Below, piece after piece: positions 1-13,960 of a DNA stretch of 64,000 nucleotides. Made by a program: the position numbers and the translations under genes. Below the pieces are notes generated by a model. The model did no database searches, was not told where the DNA came from, and worked only from the letters and a program-made list of their open reading frames with translations. How positions within the stretch are numbered: the stretch's first letter is position 1; each line of letters opens with the position of its first letter. This DNA comes from Vicugna vicugna (Eukaryota). The stretch is taken from positions 7,530,407-7,594,406 of the forward strand of contig MU058584.1 of NCBI GenBank assembly GCA_013265495.1, written 5' to 3'.

Positions 1-1699
1 GACAGAAAAAAAAAAAAAAAGGGAAACTTTCTGATTATCGTCACTCGGTAATTACTAGTATTTTCCAGAACCTAGGCCACTCGGCTGTCTAAGAATCAAA
101 ATGCAGCTGAAACTGAACCTTCAAAAGTTTTCCTTCTTCATTTTTTAAGACCCAGAGCAGGATCTCTGTCATACTAAAGTCCCTCCTGGATGTCTGGAAA
201 AAGTCTTAAGAGTCTGGGAGACCATCCAAAATATGTGCAGTGACCATTGCCACAGGCGTGAACTTCTTAATGCATTTTGCAGAAATCTCCACCACAATGA
301 AATTGATTACTGTCTGAAAGGATTTTTTTCCTTTTTTAAAATAGCGAGCAGCTAGAATATGCTTTTTAATATTTTATTGCATCCTTAAGTATCTCATGTG
401 GACTGAATATGACTGGAGAAAGTTGCTGCTCCGAGTTTGATGTATGATCTCCAGTTTAAACGATTTTTTTTAATTGATAGGTAGAAGTGAATAGAAAAAG
501 GAAAGCTCTAGATCTATGAAGACCATCCAAAGTTGTATATTGATTACGAAAACCTGAGTTTCTGTCCAGTTCTCCTGCTGCAGATACTGAAATAAGGTCA
601 GAGAATAAGTATGAAGAAGTGGCTTTTCAAGGAACAGGTGGAAATTGAAAAGAAAATGGAACCTGGAGTTTTGTGAGTCTGTCTGTCTTGTAAGGCCAGT
701 ATTTATGAGGGTGGAGGAAGGGGTGGGAGGGCTTGTTGTAATGTTTTTACGTGATCAAGATCAAACTGTGCAAGTTCTTTAACGCAATCTACTCATTGCA
801 GTGAAGCAAAAGAGTGAGTTTGTAGCTACCAGGCAATGATTTGGGTTTTATTCACCTAATGCAAATAATTGCAGCAGAACTGTTGCTGGACTTGGTCTCA
901 TGTCACATAGAATAAGTCCGATGAATCAAGAGAAGGGAAAGTGCAGGGGAGATAATGGAATCATAATAAATAATGGACAGAAAGCACATCAGTGATGAGA
1001 TTTCTAGTTCTTGTTTTCATGGCAGTTTCCATATTCTTGTGCGAAGTTGGAAGGTTGTTCTGTTTCTGGTATCAATCACACCTTAGCCAGACAGCGCACT
1101 GAGGCTGGCCACTGCTGCTGGGAGATTTCTTCCTGACAGTGATTCATGTGAGCTAACTGTCGGAAGTTTTGAAGTTCTGAAATAGAAGCCGATGTATGTC
1201 TTTTGCTGTTCTGCAGTCACTGAAGACACTTCCTATGATATAAAGTAGTTTTGCAGAAAACTACTTATCTTTGAACAAGGCTTAACTCAGAAATCACCTA
1301 CTCATTCACGGGCATCAGATTTTCTGAATATTTCATGTTTCGTGTATGTGTGTGGTGAAATTTTTCTTCTTACGGTACACAGGTTACCACAGGAGGAGGT
1401 AAGAGATGCTATTTTAGAAGCCCAAACCTTTTACTTTATGTTGTCATGAGAGACTAAAAAGGCAGCAAAAAATTATACATTTAACTTTTGGTCTTAGAAA
1501 TTACTAACATCACAAACTGATTTTAGTCCATAAGAAGGGCTGATCAAATAATCTTAACCCAGGCTGAGTACATGATTCCAGATACGGAAAAGATGGGTAG
1601 AAAGGGTGCAAGTTCCTCTAGTCAGACCAGTACTGAAGAGGAGAGAGTTTTTAACTTCTCTGCACCTCACCTGTGCTCCCAAGCATCCTTCCATATGAA

Positions 1700-1865
1700 G
1701 TTATAATGTTTTAGCCTTGAAATCAACCTTAGAGATCGAATAATCAAACATCTTTTTTGATAAATGAGGGAAACTTAGACCTTGAAAGGTTGATTACCTA
1801 ATTGCCCCAGGTCAGATAACCACTGGGAGGAAGAAAATGTGAATTTCAAGACGTGGGTCTGCAGC
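1700..1865 (-). mobile_element. MIR SINE fragment
   Basis: Antisense MIR core-like text 'ttttgataaatgagggaaacttagacc...ttgccccaggtcagata'. Confidence 0.6.
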
Positions 1866-2124
1866 CTGCCAGGTCCAGCATTCTTTCTCTCTTCCCCACA
1901 CACTGTCCCCTTCACCTGACTTTTCCCCTGAGTGACAGACAGGAGAGCAGCAGCAGTGTCTGCCCCATCTCTGTCCTCCAGGTAGGGCAATTTTGACTTT
2001 TAAAGGGAGCCTCTTGGTCACAAACCAACTATACTTCAGAAATTACTTTTTGGAGAAAACTCTTTGACATGGTGCATGAAAAGGCATTGTTAGAAGAGGT
2101 TCCCAGGAGGGTGGCATTCGGCAG

Positions 2125-2232
2125 ACTGATAGTGGAGTCTCTTGATCCGGTGCTGGTTACATGGGAACATTCAGTTTGTGAAAATTCTTTGGGCTGTGCG
2201 TTTCTGGCTACTTCAACAAAAAGTTTAAAAAA
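2125..2232 (+). mobile_element. Old L1 (L1ME/MD-like) 3' terminus
   Basis: 'cttgatccggtgctggttacatgggaacattcagtttgtgaaaattc...tacttcaacaaaaagtttaaaaa' resembles ancient L1 3' ends. Confidence 0.55.
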
Positions 2233-4925
2233 TTTGGTAGGATAATTAAAATCTTTTGTTAAGGAAAGTGTGTCGGTACTAAGGCAATTAAGTATCTCTG
2301 GAAATTATTTTACAAGCATATTTTTAAAATTTAAAACAATAATTTTGACAAAACCAGTCATCATTGTTTGACGTGGCCAGAGTCTTTGTTGTAAAGCAGA
2401 TTTAATCTTTTCCTTCAGGTAGGAAGTTTTTCTGGACATTGGGTCTTTTTTTTCATAATGTGTAACTGCTGAAAGAATCATTTAGAAAACAAAATCTATT
2501 GGATGCTTACTGTATCTTCTTACCATGGGAACTACTCTAAATTACACCTAACTCAACTTTTTTCCTCATCTTTATTTGAACTTGTAGTTTATGTCTCAAT
2601 AGTTGGGAAATCTATTTCAAAATTTCATGGTATCCCATTATAATTCCTATGGAGAAAAGGAAAACTTAGAAGTTGCCCTAGTTGGATAAAATATTGTTCT
2701 AGCTATTTTACTGTTATCATTAGTAAATATTTATGTACATATACACACATATTTGTGCACACACACATACATACAGAAAAAAATTGGAATATGGTAAATA
2801 TACTTCACCACTAAAGCTACACTGGGCGTAACTGAGTGTGTTTGTGATGAGTCAGAAACATTTCAGGATCTTATAGCACTTTGATGATTGTATCCCATAG
2901 TTAATTTCCTACAGATACGAGAAATCCAGGAACAACTTGGAATATAAATTTTAAACTAAATGCATAACAGTGTGCATAACAGAGAGATTGTAGAATAAAT
3001 TAGTTCTTATTGAAAATCAGATGTTCTTTTCAGCAGTGTGAAAGAGAAAATGAAAGAATATGTGATAGCAATACATTTTGAAATTTGTCTTTTCTGTTTT
3101 CAACTTCCAGTGGAGGGCGTATTGATCAGAAACAGGATCAAATAGACAAAAGCACAGAAAGGGGATCTATGTTATAAGATGCCTGAGTAAGTGATCCCTA
3201 CCTAATAAAGATTCACCTATGTTGAGAGGAATTAAATACTGTTAGGAAACTGACACCTATTTCATAAATAGTATGCAAATATTTGTATGTTTCAAATGTA
3301 GTTACTCAGCAGATATTAAGTAAACACATTTAAAGTTGATTCTATGTGCCTGGTAACTGGGTAATATGAGTTGACTCTTTTCGTAGTAATTATTTCTGAG
3401 CTAATTGGGCAGGGACTAGTTCTACCACGGTTTTGAATAGCAGCTTGAATCCTGTTGGCTTTTAGAACATGTTAAATAATAGTGCTCTCTGGAAATGTTG
3501 GCATCTGGTAACTTTTTTTTGAAGTGCAAACTTAAGTTCTTGGTTACAGTAGTTCGTGCATTTGCTCCCATGTCCATATGCACAGATCTCTGCATGTATC
3601 ATATAAAGCACTCTTACTGGAAAGTAGAATGATTTCTGAATGTACATGAAGACATAGACTAGGGAAGTTTTCAAGCTCCATTCTTTCTTAGGTATGTGTA
3701 TTTCAGATTAAGAAGTAACCCAAAAGTTAAAAATCAGGGACGCTTAAGTTTACCAGAGCAAATCTGAAAGATTAAAGAATGAATTAAATAGAACCAAATG
3801 GGCTAGAATAATAGCTAAAATAATACAACATTTTAAGAAGGAGAAAACTGCATATTTCCCCCACAGATTGTATATACCCACCAGTTGGGCTTAAATGTTG
3901 GTCATCTTTTCATAGTGGAAACTAGAAGTTAATCCTTACGACCGCTTGTGCGGCAGGGCCAGAGTGACTGTCTCATCGGAAACCTCACCATAGCACCACT
4001 GTGAGAATTGTTATGCCTGTGACTTAATTCTAATTTTGAACAGCATTGGCTCTTACAAATCCTGAAGAGTTGTAAAAACATTGACCCATTTTCTCTAAAA
4101 TACTTGATAATTCAACTGATGGTTTATACTTAATACTGTAGAAAAAAGGAAGTGGTAAGGTCACCATCTGTACAAAATTGCAGATATAAATGTACTTTTC
4201 AAACTCTCTGTCAGTGAAATCAAAGAATCACAGGAGGACCTGAATAAAATCAAGAAGTTTAGCCATTTAGCTGTAAAATAAGATGCAGAATCTAGACCTC
4301 ATCCAAATATAGTTTCTTAGTGTAATGGGAAATCATATTCCAGAATGGTCTCTCCATTCAAAGGCATGATTCCCTTGGAAGATTCATGTGTATCTTATAC
4401 AATTTATCCCTAAAAATGTTTTTTTAGAGTTTTTAGAGAGGACTCTGTGGTAAAATTTGAAGTACTTTGATATCCTTATCAGTGGTTTTATTTCAGACAT
4501 GTTCGTTCTCCCACAACAGTGATTACCTGGCATATTAACCAGGGGGCATTGATCCATTTATTCTGGGAAAAAACTCTCAACCCTCCCCTCCCCCCAGCTA
4601 AAAAAAGCAAAGCAAATTCCTGGCTTCCTCATTGGTGATGGATGCTTTAGTCATGATCGGACAGAAGACTTCAACCCCTCAGATTGCATCTGAAGCCACA
4701 GATTTATCTTGTTGTTCTCTAAGTTCAAAGGTTAAAGTGACTCATAGACACTCGAAGCCAAATTAGAGAAAAATGATCAATTCCCATCAAATATTTCTTA
4801 TAAATGGAATTTAACTCCTTGAGCAAATGGAACATTCTTTTCACCTCTATGATAATGAAAGTTTCTTTAGGACAAATGTAGAGAAGAAATAAGCAAAACT
4901 ATATATATACACACACATATTTGCA

Positions 4926-4929
<4 letters not shown>

Positions 4930-4962
<33 letters not shown>
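4930..4962. repeat. (TG)n microsatellite
   Basis: About 16 uninterrupted TG units read directly. Confidence 0.95.
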
Positions 4963-4967
<5 letters not shown>

Positions 4968-6469
4968 ACTTTTTTTTAATCTCATGCTCCAACCACACAA
5001 AGCAATTGTTGAATATGTCTGTGATCTTGGCTATGCTCAGATTTCAAGTCCCGAATAAGCCAAATTTTCCACTTAAATATTTTCCCTCTGTAATTTGATA
5101 TGTATCTAGATATTTAACATAACAATGGGTTCTTAAAGTGACATTAAAATTTCATTTCACTATTAGAAAATCATAATAATTTTTTTCACCAGATCCTTTC
5201 CAAGCTTCCCAAGAATCTCACTTTATGGTGGTTGGGAAGCCATGTGTTAGGTGTGATTAGGGCCTGCCAACCAGCTATGCTCAGTCCTTGACTGTCTGAG
5301 ATGTTTGAAAATTCCTGGTAGCTCCTTTGGTGTAGAAGTGACTGAAGATTCAATAGGACAAAACTTTAAATATGCTCTTTTCCATTAGAGATGAATTTTG
5401 GCTCCTCCTATTTTCTTCTGCTCACTGCCTCTTACTAAATCACTTGTTTGTTTTGCTTTTAATTCATTCTTTTTTCTTCTCCTGACTAATTTTATTTCTG
5501 AAAATTTAGTTCAGCTCCTTTGTTTTAGAATATGCTATATGCCAGACAGTGTTGTAGTTTCCCTTTGCTTTTTTCCCCACGCATATCAACCAAATTTTAT
5601 TCTATAATTGCCTTCCCCCTGGGAAAAAGACAGAAAGAGACAGGGCTTTTCAAAGAAACGTGTAAGGTGGTAGTGAGGGAGTCACAGTGACTGCATTTAG
5701 AAATATACACAGACTTCATGTCTTCATATTCTTTATCATACTTTAAACAAGAATGGCCAACAGCTGTGTATTTCCTGAATTATTATAAGCTAGTTTTATA
5801 GTGAATAGTATTTTTTCTGCATACACACACACACACACATACATTTCAGAATATTTTAGATAGTGGGGTAGAGAACATTTCTAGAATATTTTTATTATTA
5901 CCAAAACAGATTTTGGAGTATAATTATAACATCTGGTCATCTGTTAATTGAAATGATTCCTGCAGGCTTGAAGACATCAGAGGTATCCTTTAACTTGTAA
6001 AATTTCTTTCTATTCTATCGATGCAATCATGGTGATACAGCATTACAGAGAGAGAGTGTAGTAAGCGATCAAGTCCTAGGGGGAGAGTAGCAGAAGGACA
6101 GTATAGCATCCTGAGCCAGACTCTTAACTTAAGAAAAGCAGTTAATAAGAAAATAGCTGTGTAGCCCAATCAGAATTAAATGGTGAGACTGATGGAAATT
6201 AATTAATTAGATGGTTTGGGTTTGGATTAAATACATGGTGAAATACTTCTTTAGAATGTGAGAGAACTACATATCTTGTTACTCTGGGAAGAGTAAAAGT
6301 GATCTGAGTGAGGGTAGGGAGTACTGAGTAACTGATGTAATTTGTCGATGCATTGTAAAAAGCTAAAGGTGGTAAATTTTGGCAGATTTTGATTGACGCC
6401 TAATGTGAAGTTATTTATAGTCCTTATATATCCTACTTAATGTGGCTGTTTACGTGTTTCACTTCAGAA

Positions 6470-6598
6470 ACACTTCTGTGTGGATTTTGCATCAGAAGAT
6501 ATAGGTACAGTATTATCTTTGTAGATTTTGAAGAAATCTGAATTCGGAAAAATATGTGGTTCCAAGGGCTTCAGATAAGGAATTATGGACTTTTGTAT
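6470..6598 (-). mobile_element. MER46C-like (TcMar-Tigger) MITE end
   Basis: 'ctgaattcggaaaaatatgtggttccaagggcttcagataaggaattatggac' resembles the reverse complement of the MER46C terminus as I recall it. Confidence 0.45.
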
Positions 6599-8809
6599 AA
6601 TTATCAACCATTGGGAGGAGAACTGGAAGGGGGATCATGAGCTAAAAACTCCTCTTTAATAGGGGGACTCAGTAGTTTTTTTTAAAATGGTTAAATCAAG
6701 AAGTAAAAGAATATGTATATTGTATAGAGTTATGGACCAGAAGATTTAGATGGAAATTCATAGAAATTTCCTCTTGAAGTGAAGAGGGATGGAGTGGGGA
6801 CTTGCTTCTCATACAGGCTCTTCAGAACTCTTTGAACTGTTATCACATGCATGTATTATTTTGGTTTGAACAAATTAAATTAATTATCTCAACAAACTTG
6901 TTGCTTGGCACTGTATCTGAAAATGTAAAAATTAGAACCTTCAACAATTCTGATATTCAAAATGGACTATAAGCAACGAAGCATAATACAAAAACGGTAA
7001 GCAGTAACCTGGCTATACAAGTAGAGAAGAGAGTGACTACTGTTTTCTAGAACTAAGGGAGAGTGTCAGTAGATGTAAGCGACTGTACATCTGTGTGTAG
7101 TAGGGGGTGATGGGCCTGGTGAGGGAAGGAAAACGGAAGTCAGTCAGAGAAGTCTGCACAGTGACGCTGGCCCTTGTTAGAACCCAAAGACCTTACTAAT
7201 CCAAGAGAGGTAAGTGGAACATGGAAATGGGGGAGAAGATACAGAAAAGTTTATAATGGAGAGCTCTTTTCTCTGTAGCCAGGGAAAACCAACCTGCAGC
7301 TCCTAAATTAAGACCTATCTTCCCTGGTGAAGAGGAAGCTATTCCAATAGGCTGTTGTTGCTTTCCTGGAGGGGTGAAGGTGCAGGGGAGAGAAGTACAT
7401 TTTGCATAAGAAATCTGCATCTTAATTTTACCCTCCAAATGGAAGACCCTGAGACATAAGCAGGAAAATTTTTCAAGAAATTCAATATGAAGTCAACTTT
7501 TTCTAGATTGCAAATTAAATCAAGTAAGTGAAACTTGGCTCATCTGACCAAGATCCTAGAATAGGCAAGCTAACTAAATCTCACAGGTGGTCTTTAAGGA
7601 CAGCCCTAAACCCAGCATTCATTGCACTAATTCAGCCTAAATATTTTAAGGGCGTGAATAAATATGATGAGGTCATTGATGAGAAAGGGTTGTTTGTTTC
7701 CAGACCCATCTTGGCAGCTGTAGCAGCTGTGGTATCTCTTCAAACACCCAGATTATACATTAAACCTTCAAGTTGAGCCTTTGAGTTTTAGAACTAGATA
7801 GAAGTTTCTTGAAGTGTCAGGCTTTCGCTGCAGCAGAAACAATGGCATAGGTGCTATATGCAAAACGATTACAATGGGGAGTGGTCAGCTACACTGTGAA
7901 TAAATACAGTATACAAAGACTTACTTTAAAAATGGAGCATGGGAATAGCTCTCCATAGAGAGCTCAACAGAAAATGCTTCAAGTCCATGTAGAGTTAAGA
8001 GTGCATGTGGGAGTGGCAGTGAGGCCTCTGACAGGTGGCAGGGGAAGTGAGTTGACAGATGAGCTTACATTTCTTGAAAACTTTGTCTTTATCTCAGAGT
8101 TCACAGGGGCGGATGGGAAGGGAACAGATGTCAGAAACAGCAGTGCTTCTCAGGGAAGATTAAATGGTAGAGGAAATGGAGATCGCATTACCAAATAAGA
8201 CGAGAAGGGAAAGCAGTGTGTCTAAATGGGGCTGGATGGAATGACCAGGTGGTATGTGAAACTGAAGTTTGAGGAGATATCATATTAAAGCAGTAACCAT
8301 CCAGCTATCACAGTGTATCTCGTTGGGATTCCATTAATTGATGACAGTGATGGCTTCCTTTATTTGTTAGTAAAAGATGCCATGGAGAATAAGAAAATTA
8401 AAATTTTAATTTTTAGATATGCATATTGCTCCATTTCAGAATTAGTAGGGAATTGAAAGTATTTTTGGAATGTGCTGGAAAGAGCTAGGGTTTAGGAAGA
8501 TTTGGGGTTATATGAGAGTTGATTGAATCACATTATTGCTACTTTTTATTCATTTTTTTCCCCCACAAACCAGTTCCCTTCTTTCCTTTTATTTCTTCAT
8601 CTTTTTTTCCTTTTGGGACATGTGGAAGTGCAGGAATTCACAGGCAGTGTTCAAAGAAAGAAGATTTTTATTAAGGATAAATTATTATTTATATGAGCCT
8701 ACAGTATTATTATATGAGTGTTTATTCACTAAGACAACATTTATATAAGAAATATAATCAATTATATTTCTGGTCCACACTTTAAAGATCTTTTCAACTG
8801 GAAAAACTT

Positions 8810-8940
8810 GAGGCTGGAATTTAAAAGACCTGACCTCTAGCTCTAGCTTACTGCTAGTTAGCACTGTGACTTGAGGCAAGTCACATGCCTTTCTTGGGCT
8901 GTCGGTTTGTTGAACTGTAGAGTGAACCTGAGATAATGTC
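8810..8940 (+). mobile_element. MIR SINE fragment
   Basis: 'agacctgacctctagctctagc...ctgtgacttgaggcaagtcacat' MIR core. Confidence 0.65.
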
Positions 8941-9099
8941 AGTAATGAATGTTGCTGGTGGTTTGGGTACCATAGTCTGAGTGGTGATTGTAGTTAAAGG
9001 AAATGCAAACAACAAGGGAAGGGTGGCTCCAAGAGCAGAAAATTACCTTGTTAAAGAGTTCTACATTTTTAGCCATGCATTCTGCTAATGCTAAACATC

Positions 9100-9465
9100 T
9101 ACTGTGATTTTCTATGTCTGGAAATGTTTTCTTCCAGATACCACATTACTCATTTCCTTGTCGTCTTCTCCTGAGGCTTTCCCTCTTCCGTATTTAAAAT
9201 TATGCATATACACACACACATGTATTCACACAACACACACACACACACACACACCCTCTCTTTGGAATTCCCCATTCCCCATTTCATACTTTATTTTTCT
9301 CCATAACACTCTTTATTTTCTAATATTCTAAAAATTTTGTTTGTTTATTTTATTATTTATATCTCCTACTAGAAAGTAAGATGAAGGCAAGGAATCTATT
9401 TTGTTCGGCCTGTACTTAACACATAAAATAGAGCTTATCACATATTTGGCACTCAGTAATGTTAA
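9100..9465 (+). mobile_element. L2 LINE 3' fragment with internal (CA)n (~9208-9253)
   Basis: 'ctcctactagaaagtaag...aaggcaaggaatctattttgttc...ttggcactcagtaatg' is typical of L2a 3' ends. Confidence 0.6.
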
Positions 9466-9475
9466 ATTCTTTTAA

Positions 9476-9588
9476 TTTTTTTTCATTTTCATATTCTTTT
9501 TTCATTATAGGTTACTACAAGATATTGAATATAGTTCCCTGTGCTATACAGTCTAAATTTCTTGTTTATCTGTTTTCTATATAGTAGT
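9476..9588 (-). mobile_element. Short artiodactyl-type L1 3' UTR fragment
   Basis: 'cattataggttactacaagatattgaatatagttccctgtgctatacag' is the reverse complement of the motif at 51559-51600 in the + strand L1. Confidence 0.8.
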
Positions 9589-10639
9589 TAGATTCTTCAT
9601 CATTAAGTAGCTGAGGGATTCTAGACTGTGTGTGAGTATATTGTTGAAGTGGGGATGAGGAGAGAGACTAGGAAAGTCAGCAGTGGTAATGGATCTAGGA
9701 CTGTAATTTTCAAGTGTTTTGAGCAATAGGGTCTTTGACTCAGATGACAACTTATGTAGAAGACACTTAAAAAAACAGTAAAGCATACACCTAGCCTGAG
9801 TGAAGCAGGTGAAAGGAACATGGTCCAGCCTAGTTTTCTCCTGCATCCTCAAGGTGGTCCCTGGAGAGGCTCTGCACAGATTTTCTCAAATTTACCTAAT
9901 CTCAAAAATCACTTGGATTACTTGTCAACAAATACAGATTCCCTGGTACCTCTCCTGGGAAGGAGTGAGGAATTAGTGAAGGGGCAGAGGTTTAGATCAA
10001 GGAAGGTGACAGTAGATAACAGGGCAGGGCAAGAATTTAAGTGGCTGAGTGTAGAAACAGGTTAGCAAAAGGGCTGTGGGGTCTAGAGAGTAAAGTAATT
10101 TCTGTGGTGGTCAGTCACTTACACTTGTTTCCCATATGAGAAGAAAAAATTGTATCTTGATTTGGGCTGAGAATCAGATATGTTTAAAAAGAAAAAAACA
10201 AAGCCATATTTAGGGGTTGGTTTTGTTGAATTTTATTATTGACAATGGCGCCAAAGAACCAACATACAACCACTTGAACTAAATAGAACATTAACAGAGA
10301 GTTCTAAACATTCAAACATGTGATGGAGAGAACATTCCATTGGTCAAAGATCTCAAAAGAGGCATAGCTCACTCATTCATTAAACAGTAGTACACAAACA
10401 AAATCTAGAAAAAGATGCATGCATATTCCTTATTTTTTCATATTAAGTATAAATTTCTTTTTCTATCAGCATATTATAATAAAATTATCTAATTTAAATT
10501 GTGCAGCCTTTCCAGATACATCTGCACATCCCTTTGTATACCAATTCTTTTGTGTAAAATTCCCCTATATCCTATAACTTTTCACCCATCAGTCCTTACC
10601 ATTCTTTACATTCATTGGAATGTAAGTTTCCTTGGAAAA

Positions 10640-11470
10640 CATCACATCCTCAAAACCATATCCAATAGAGAATGCTCCTTTTTCCCATTACCCTAGATCC
10701 TCTTGGATGTCTCAGCATCAAAATATCCAAAATGGAATTCACGGCCTCACTGAATCCATGATATATCTCCATCTGTTGTTCCCTGTCTAGTGAGTATCAC
10801 CTCCGTGTCCAATCTATCACTAAATCCCTGTTAGGGGCTTTCAAATACACATGTTCTTCCTTCTGCTCTCCAACTTTAGCCCAAGCTACTGTTGTCTTCT
10901 TTGTTGACTCTTGTAATCGCTTCCTCCCTGCTCTATGTTTACTTCTTGCAGACATTCTCTAAATTCTTGGGAGTCTACTCCAGGTGTAGCCTTGTCAACC
11001 ACTTCTTTGCTATTTTCACTGCCATTATCCCATTTCATCACCTTTTTTATTGGGGCCATTGGAGGATCGAGCATCCCAGTTGCCATCTCAGCTTTCAGTC
11101 TCTGTCTTCTCCTTTTATGCTAAACTCTAATATCAGCTTAATCTCCACAGAGCATACATGTTTCCCAGCTGCCTGTTGCCTACTGAATTAGATCCAAACT
11201 TCTTAGTTTAGCATTCTCTTCACCCGAAATACTCTTTTCTTGTATTTATGCCTATCTAAATGCTGCCCCCACTCCCTTCAAGACTCTTGAAACTTTTTCT
11301 GACCTCCCTCTCTTCAGCCTGATGAGGCATTTTTGTCCTTTGAACTCACATAGACCTGATATCCTCTCTTACCATAGATTACTGACTTTCTTGACAACAG
11401 AATCTTCCACATTTATATCCACAGACACACCTTGCACTGTCCCTTGCATATAGTAAATACTCAATACGTT
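10640..11470 (+). mobile_element. Decayed L2 LINE
   Basis: Pyrimidine-rich L2-like text ending 'cccttgcatatagtaaatactcaata'. Confidence 0.55.
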
Positions 11471-12189
11471 TAATTTATTTTAGTACATTAATGTATTTTA
11501 GTACATTTTGTTTGAATAGTTTTTTAGACCTTGAGTCCCAGAAAAGAGCCAAATTACTTTACTCATTTTGGTATTCTGGAGTTCCATACTAATCAAGTGG
11601 AAACCACCCTGCATGTGAAAGGATAGCTGCTCTCTGTTTTATTTCAGAGTGAGCCAGGTCCTTTTACCACCAGAGAGGAAAAAAGGGGATTAAGCTGAAA
11701 TTAATGTTTTGATGAAGATGAGGCAGATGGTAAATTGCCCCGAGGGAAGCAAAAAAAATCAACTTGCCACATGTTAGCAACAGAGACTCTTCATGATTGA
11801 TGTTCAGTGACTTGGAAATTCTCTTCAGGGCAAACTGCATTTTCACTGCTGACTCACATACATTCTGAAGCATAAATTAATTTCAAAACAAGAACTTAAA
11901 GCTAGAAGGAATCGCCAGCATCAGCTTGGTGGAGTTCAAACCTTTCTCTGTCCTTTTTTGTTGTTAAGCACTGGAACTCTTTATTCAGTCAAACTCTTGT
12001 GTGAAATCCCATAATGTGAAATTAATAAAAGTGGAGTTGTTTTGTTTAAGGCAGGGTTGGGAGCCCGGGATTCGGTCCTCCTGCCTTGGGGCTCTCCAAC
12101 TTCCATGGTGGCCCCTGAAGCACATCCAGAGAAGCCCCAGAATGCTTTTGATCCAAGTTTAAAAAGCAAGGCCCTGGTCTCACCTTTCA

Positions 12190-12312
12190 TTCCTTACATG
12201 AGGAAATAGGTTCAGCGAGATTCCATGACATGCCCAGAATTACAGTATAGGTCAGTGATAGAGCCAGGACTAGAACTCTGTTTCTTGCCATCCAATCCAG
12301 TGTTCTTCCATT
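12190..12312 (-). mobile_element. MIR SINE fragment
   Basis: 'atgaggaaataggttcagcgaga...tgcccagaattaca...agagccaggactagaac'. Confidence 0.65.
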
Positions 12313-12754
12313 TCACCATGGTGTTTTCCGTAGTGGCACATACCTGCTTCTAGTCATCTCAGTTTAGTCTTTATTTTTCCCAGTGGCAGCACATTTGAGC
12401 AAAAACTTCTGAACTACTTCTTCGAGTATTCTGATAATTCCTACTCAACTCCTTAACTAGCACTATCACCAAATGGCCACATTGCCCTATTTTCATGTAA
12501 AAATACACTAACGAGTCAGTAGAATGTTGACAGGGAATTCTAAGAACTCTGTTTAATCTCAGTGTTCAGGGGAGCTTGGGATAATAAAGTTAAATAAGGG
12601 CAAAAGGCCAAGAACTCTATTTTGAGGCCAGAATAGAGAGATAAGATTAAAAGGAGGGGAGATATATAGAAACTTTTTGATAGGAGGACGAAATGGAACT
12701 TAGAAAAAACTTTATTAACGCTGCATTTCTCAAAATGAAAAATACTTTATTTTT

Positions 12755-13341
12755 AAAAAATTTTTATTTTATTACAATAAGAACATCTAACATGAGATCT
12801 ACCCTTTTAATAAATTTTAAATGTACAATACAGTATTGTTAACTACAGGCACAACGTTGTACAGCAGAGCTCCAGGACTTATTCATCTTGTATAAGTGAA
12901 ACTTCATCTCCATTGATTAGCAGTTTCCCATTTCCCCCACTCTCCATCCCCTGGCAACCACCATTCTACTCTTTGATTCTATGAGTTTGACTATTTTACA
13001 TACCTCATATAAGTGGATCCAGCAATCCCAGTTCTGGGTGTTTATCCAGAAGAACTGAAGTTAAGATCTTAAAATATCAGCATCCTAATGTTCACTGCAG
13101 TACTAGTCACAATAGCCAAGACGTGGAAACAACCTAAATGTGCATTGATAGATGAGTGGAAAAAGAAAATGTGGTGTATACATATAGTGGAATATTATTC
13201 CGCCTTAAAACAGAAGGAAATTGTGTAATATGCAGCGGCAACATGGATGAACCCTGAAGACATTATGCTAATTGAAGTAAGCCAGACACAAAGGGCAGAC
13301 ACTGAATGACTCCACTCATATGAAGTGTCTAAAATGGTCAG
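12755..13341 (-). mobile_element. 5'-inverted L1 insertion (L1MA/MB-like)
   Basis: Antisense 3' UTR at 12755-13017 is joined at 'aagtggatccagc' to a sense ORF2-end segment at 13016-13340; degenerate flanking repeats aatactttatttt / aatatttcatttt. Confidence 0.85.
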
Positions 13342-13902
13342 AATATTTCATTTTAAAAACATTTTTTGGTGAAAAAGTTCAAGAATACAAAGTTTTTAAA
13401 AAAATTCAGCATCTCACCATCTAGGAAAAAAAACACTATTAATGCTTTTTTTAGATACTTCTCTTTTGAATGTAAATGCATGAATTTATATAATTTTATA
13501 TAAATATAATTATATTATACATGCTATTCTATAACTTGATTATTTCAGTCAAGGAAAATCTTGGTGCTCTTTTCACTAAATATAGATACATCACTTACTT
13601 CATAGTCACACAGAGTTATTTTATATGGATTTATTATCTGTACTCTACTCATTTTACACTGCAGTGATAATAGTATTCATAATATTATAAATGCTAGCAC
13701 ATATTATATTATAAATGCCATTATATATTTAATATAATAATATTTCATAATATTGTTTGAAGGATTAAATGACTAAATGGTAAAATGCTTAGACTAATAA
13801 GCACTCAACAATTATTAGCTATTATTAATATGTACCATAATTTTTTAGCTGGTCCCCAGTTGATAGATAATTCAGGTTTTCAACAATAGCAAAGCAAATA
13901 GC

Positions 13903-13907
<5 letters not shown>

Positions 13908-13959
<52 letters not shown>
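13908..13959. repeat. Compound (TA)n(CA)n microsatellite
   Basis: About 20 TA units followed by about 5 CA units. Confidence 0.95.
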
Positions 13960-13960
<1 letters not shown>

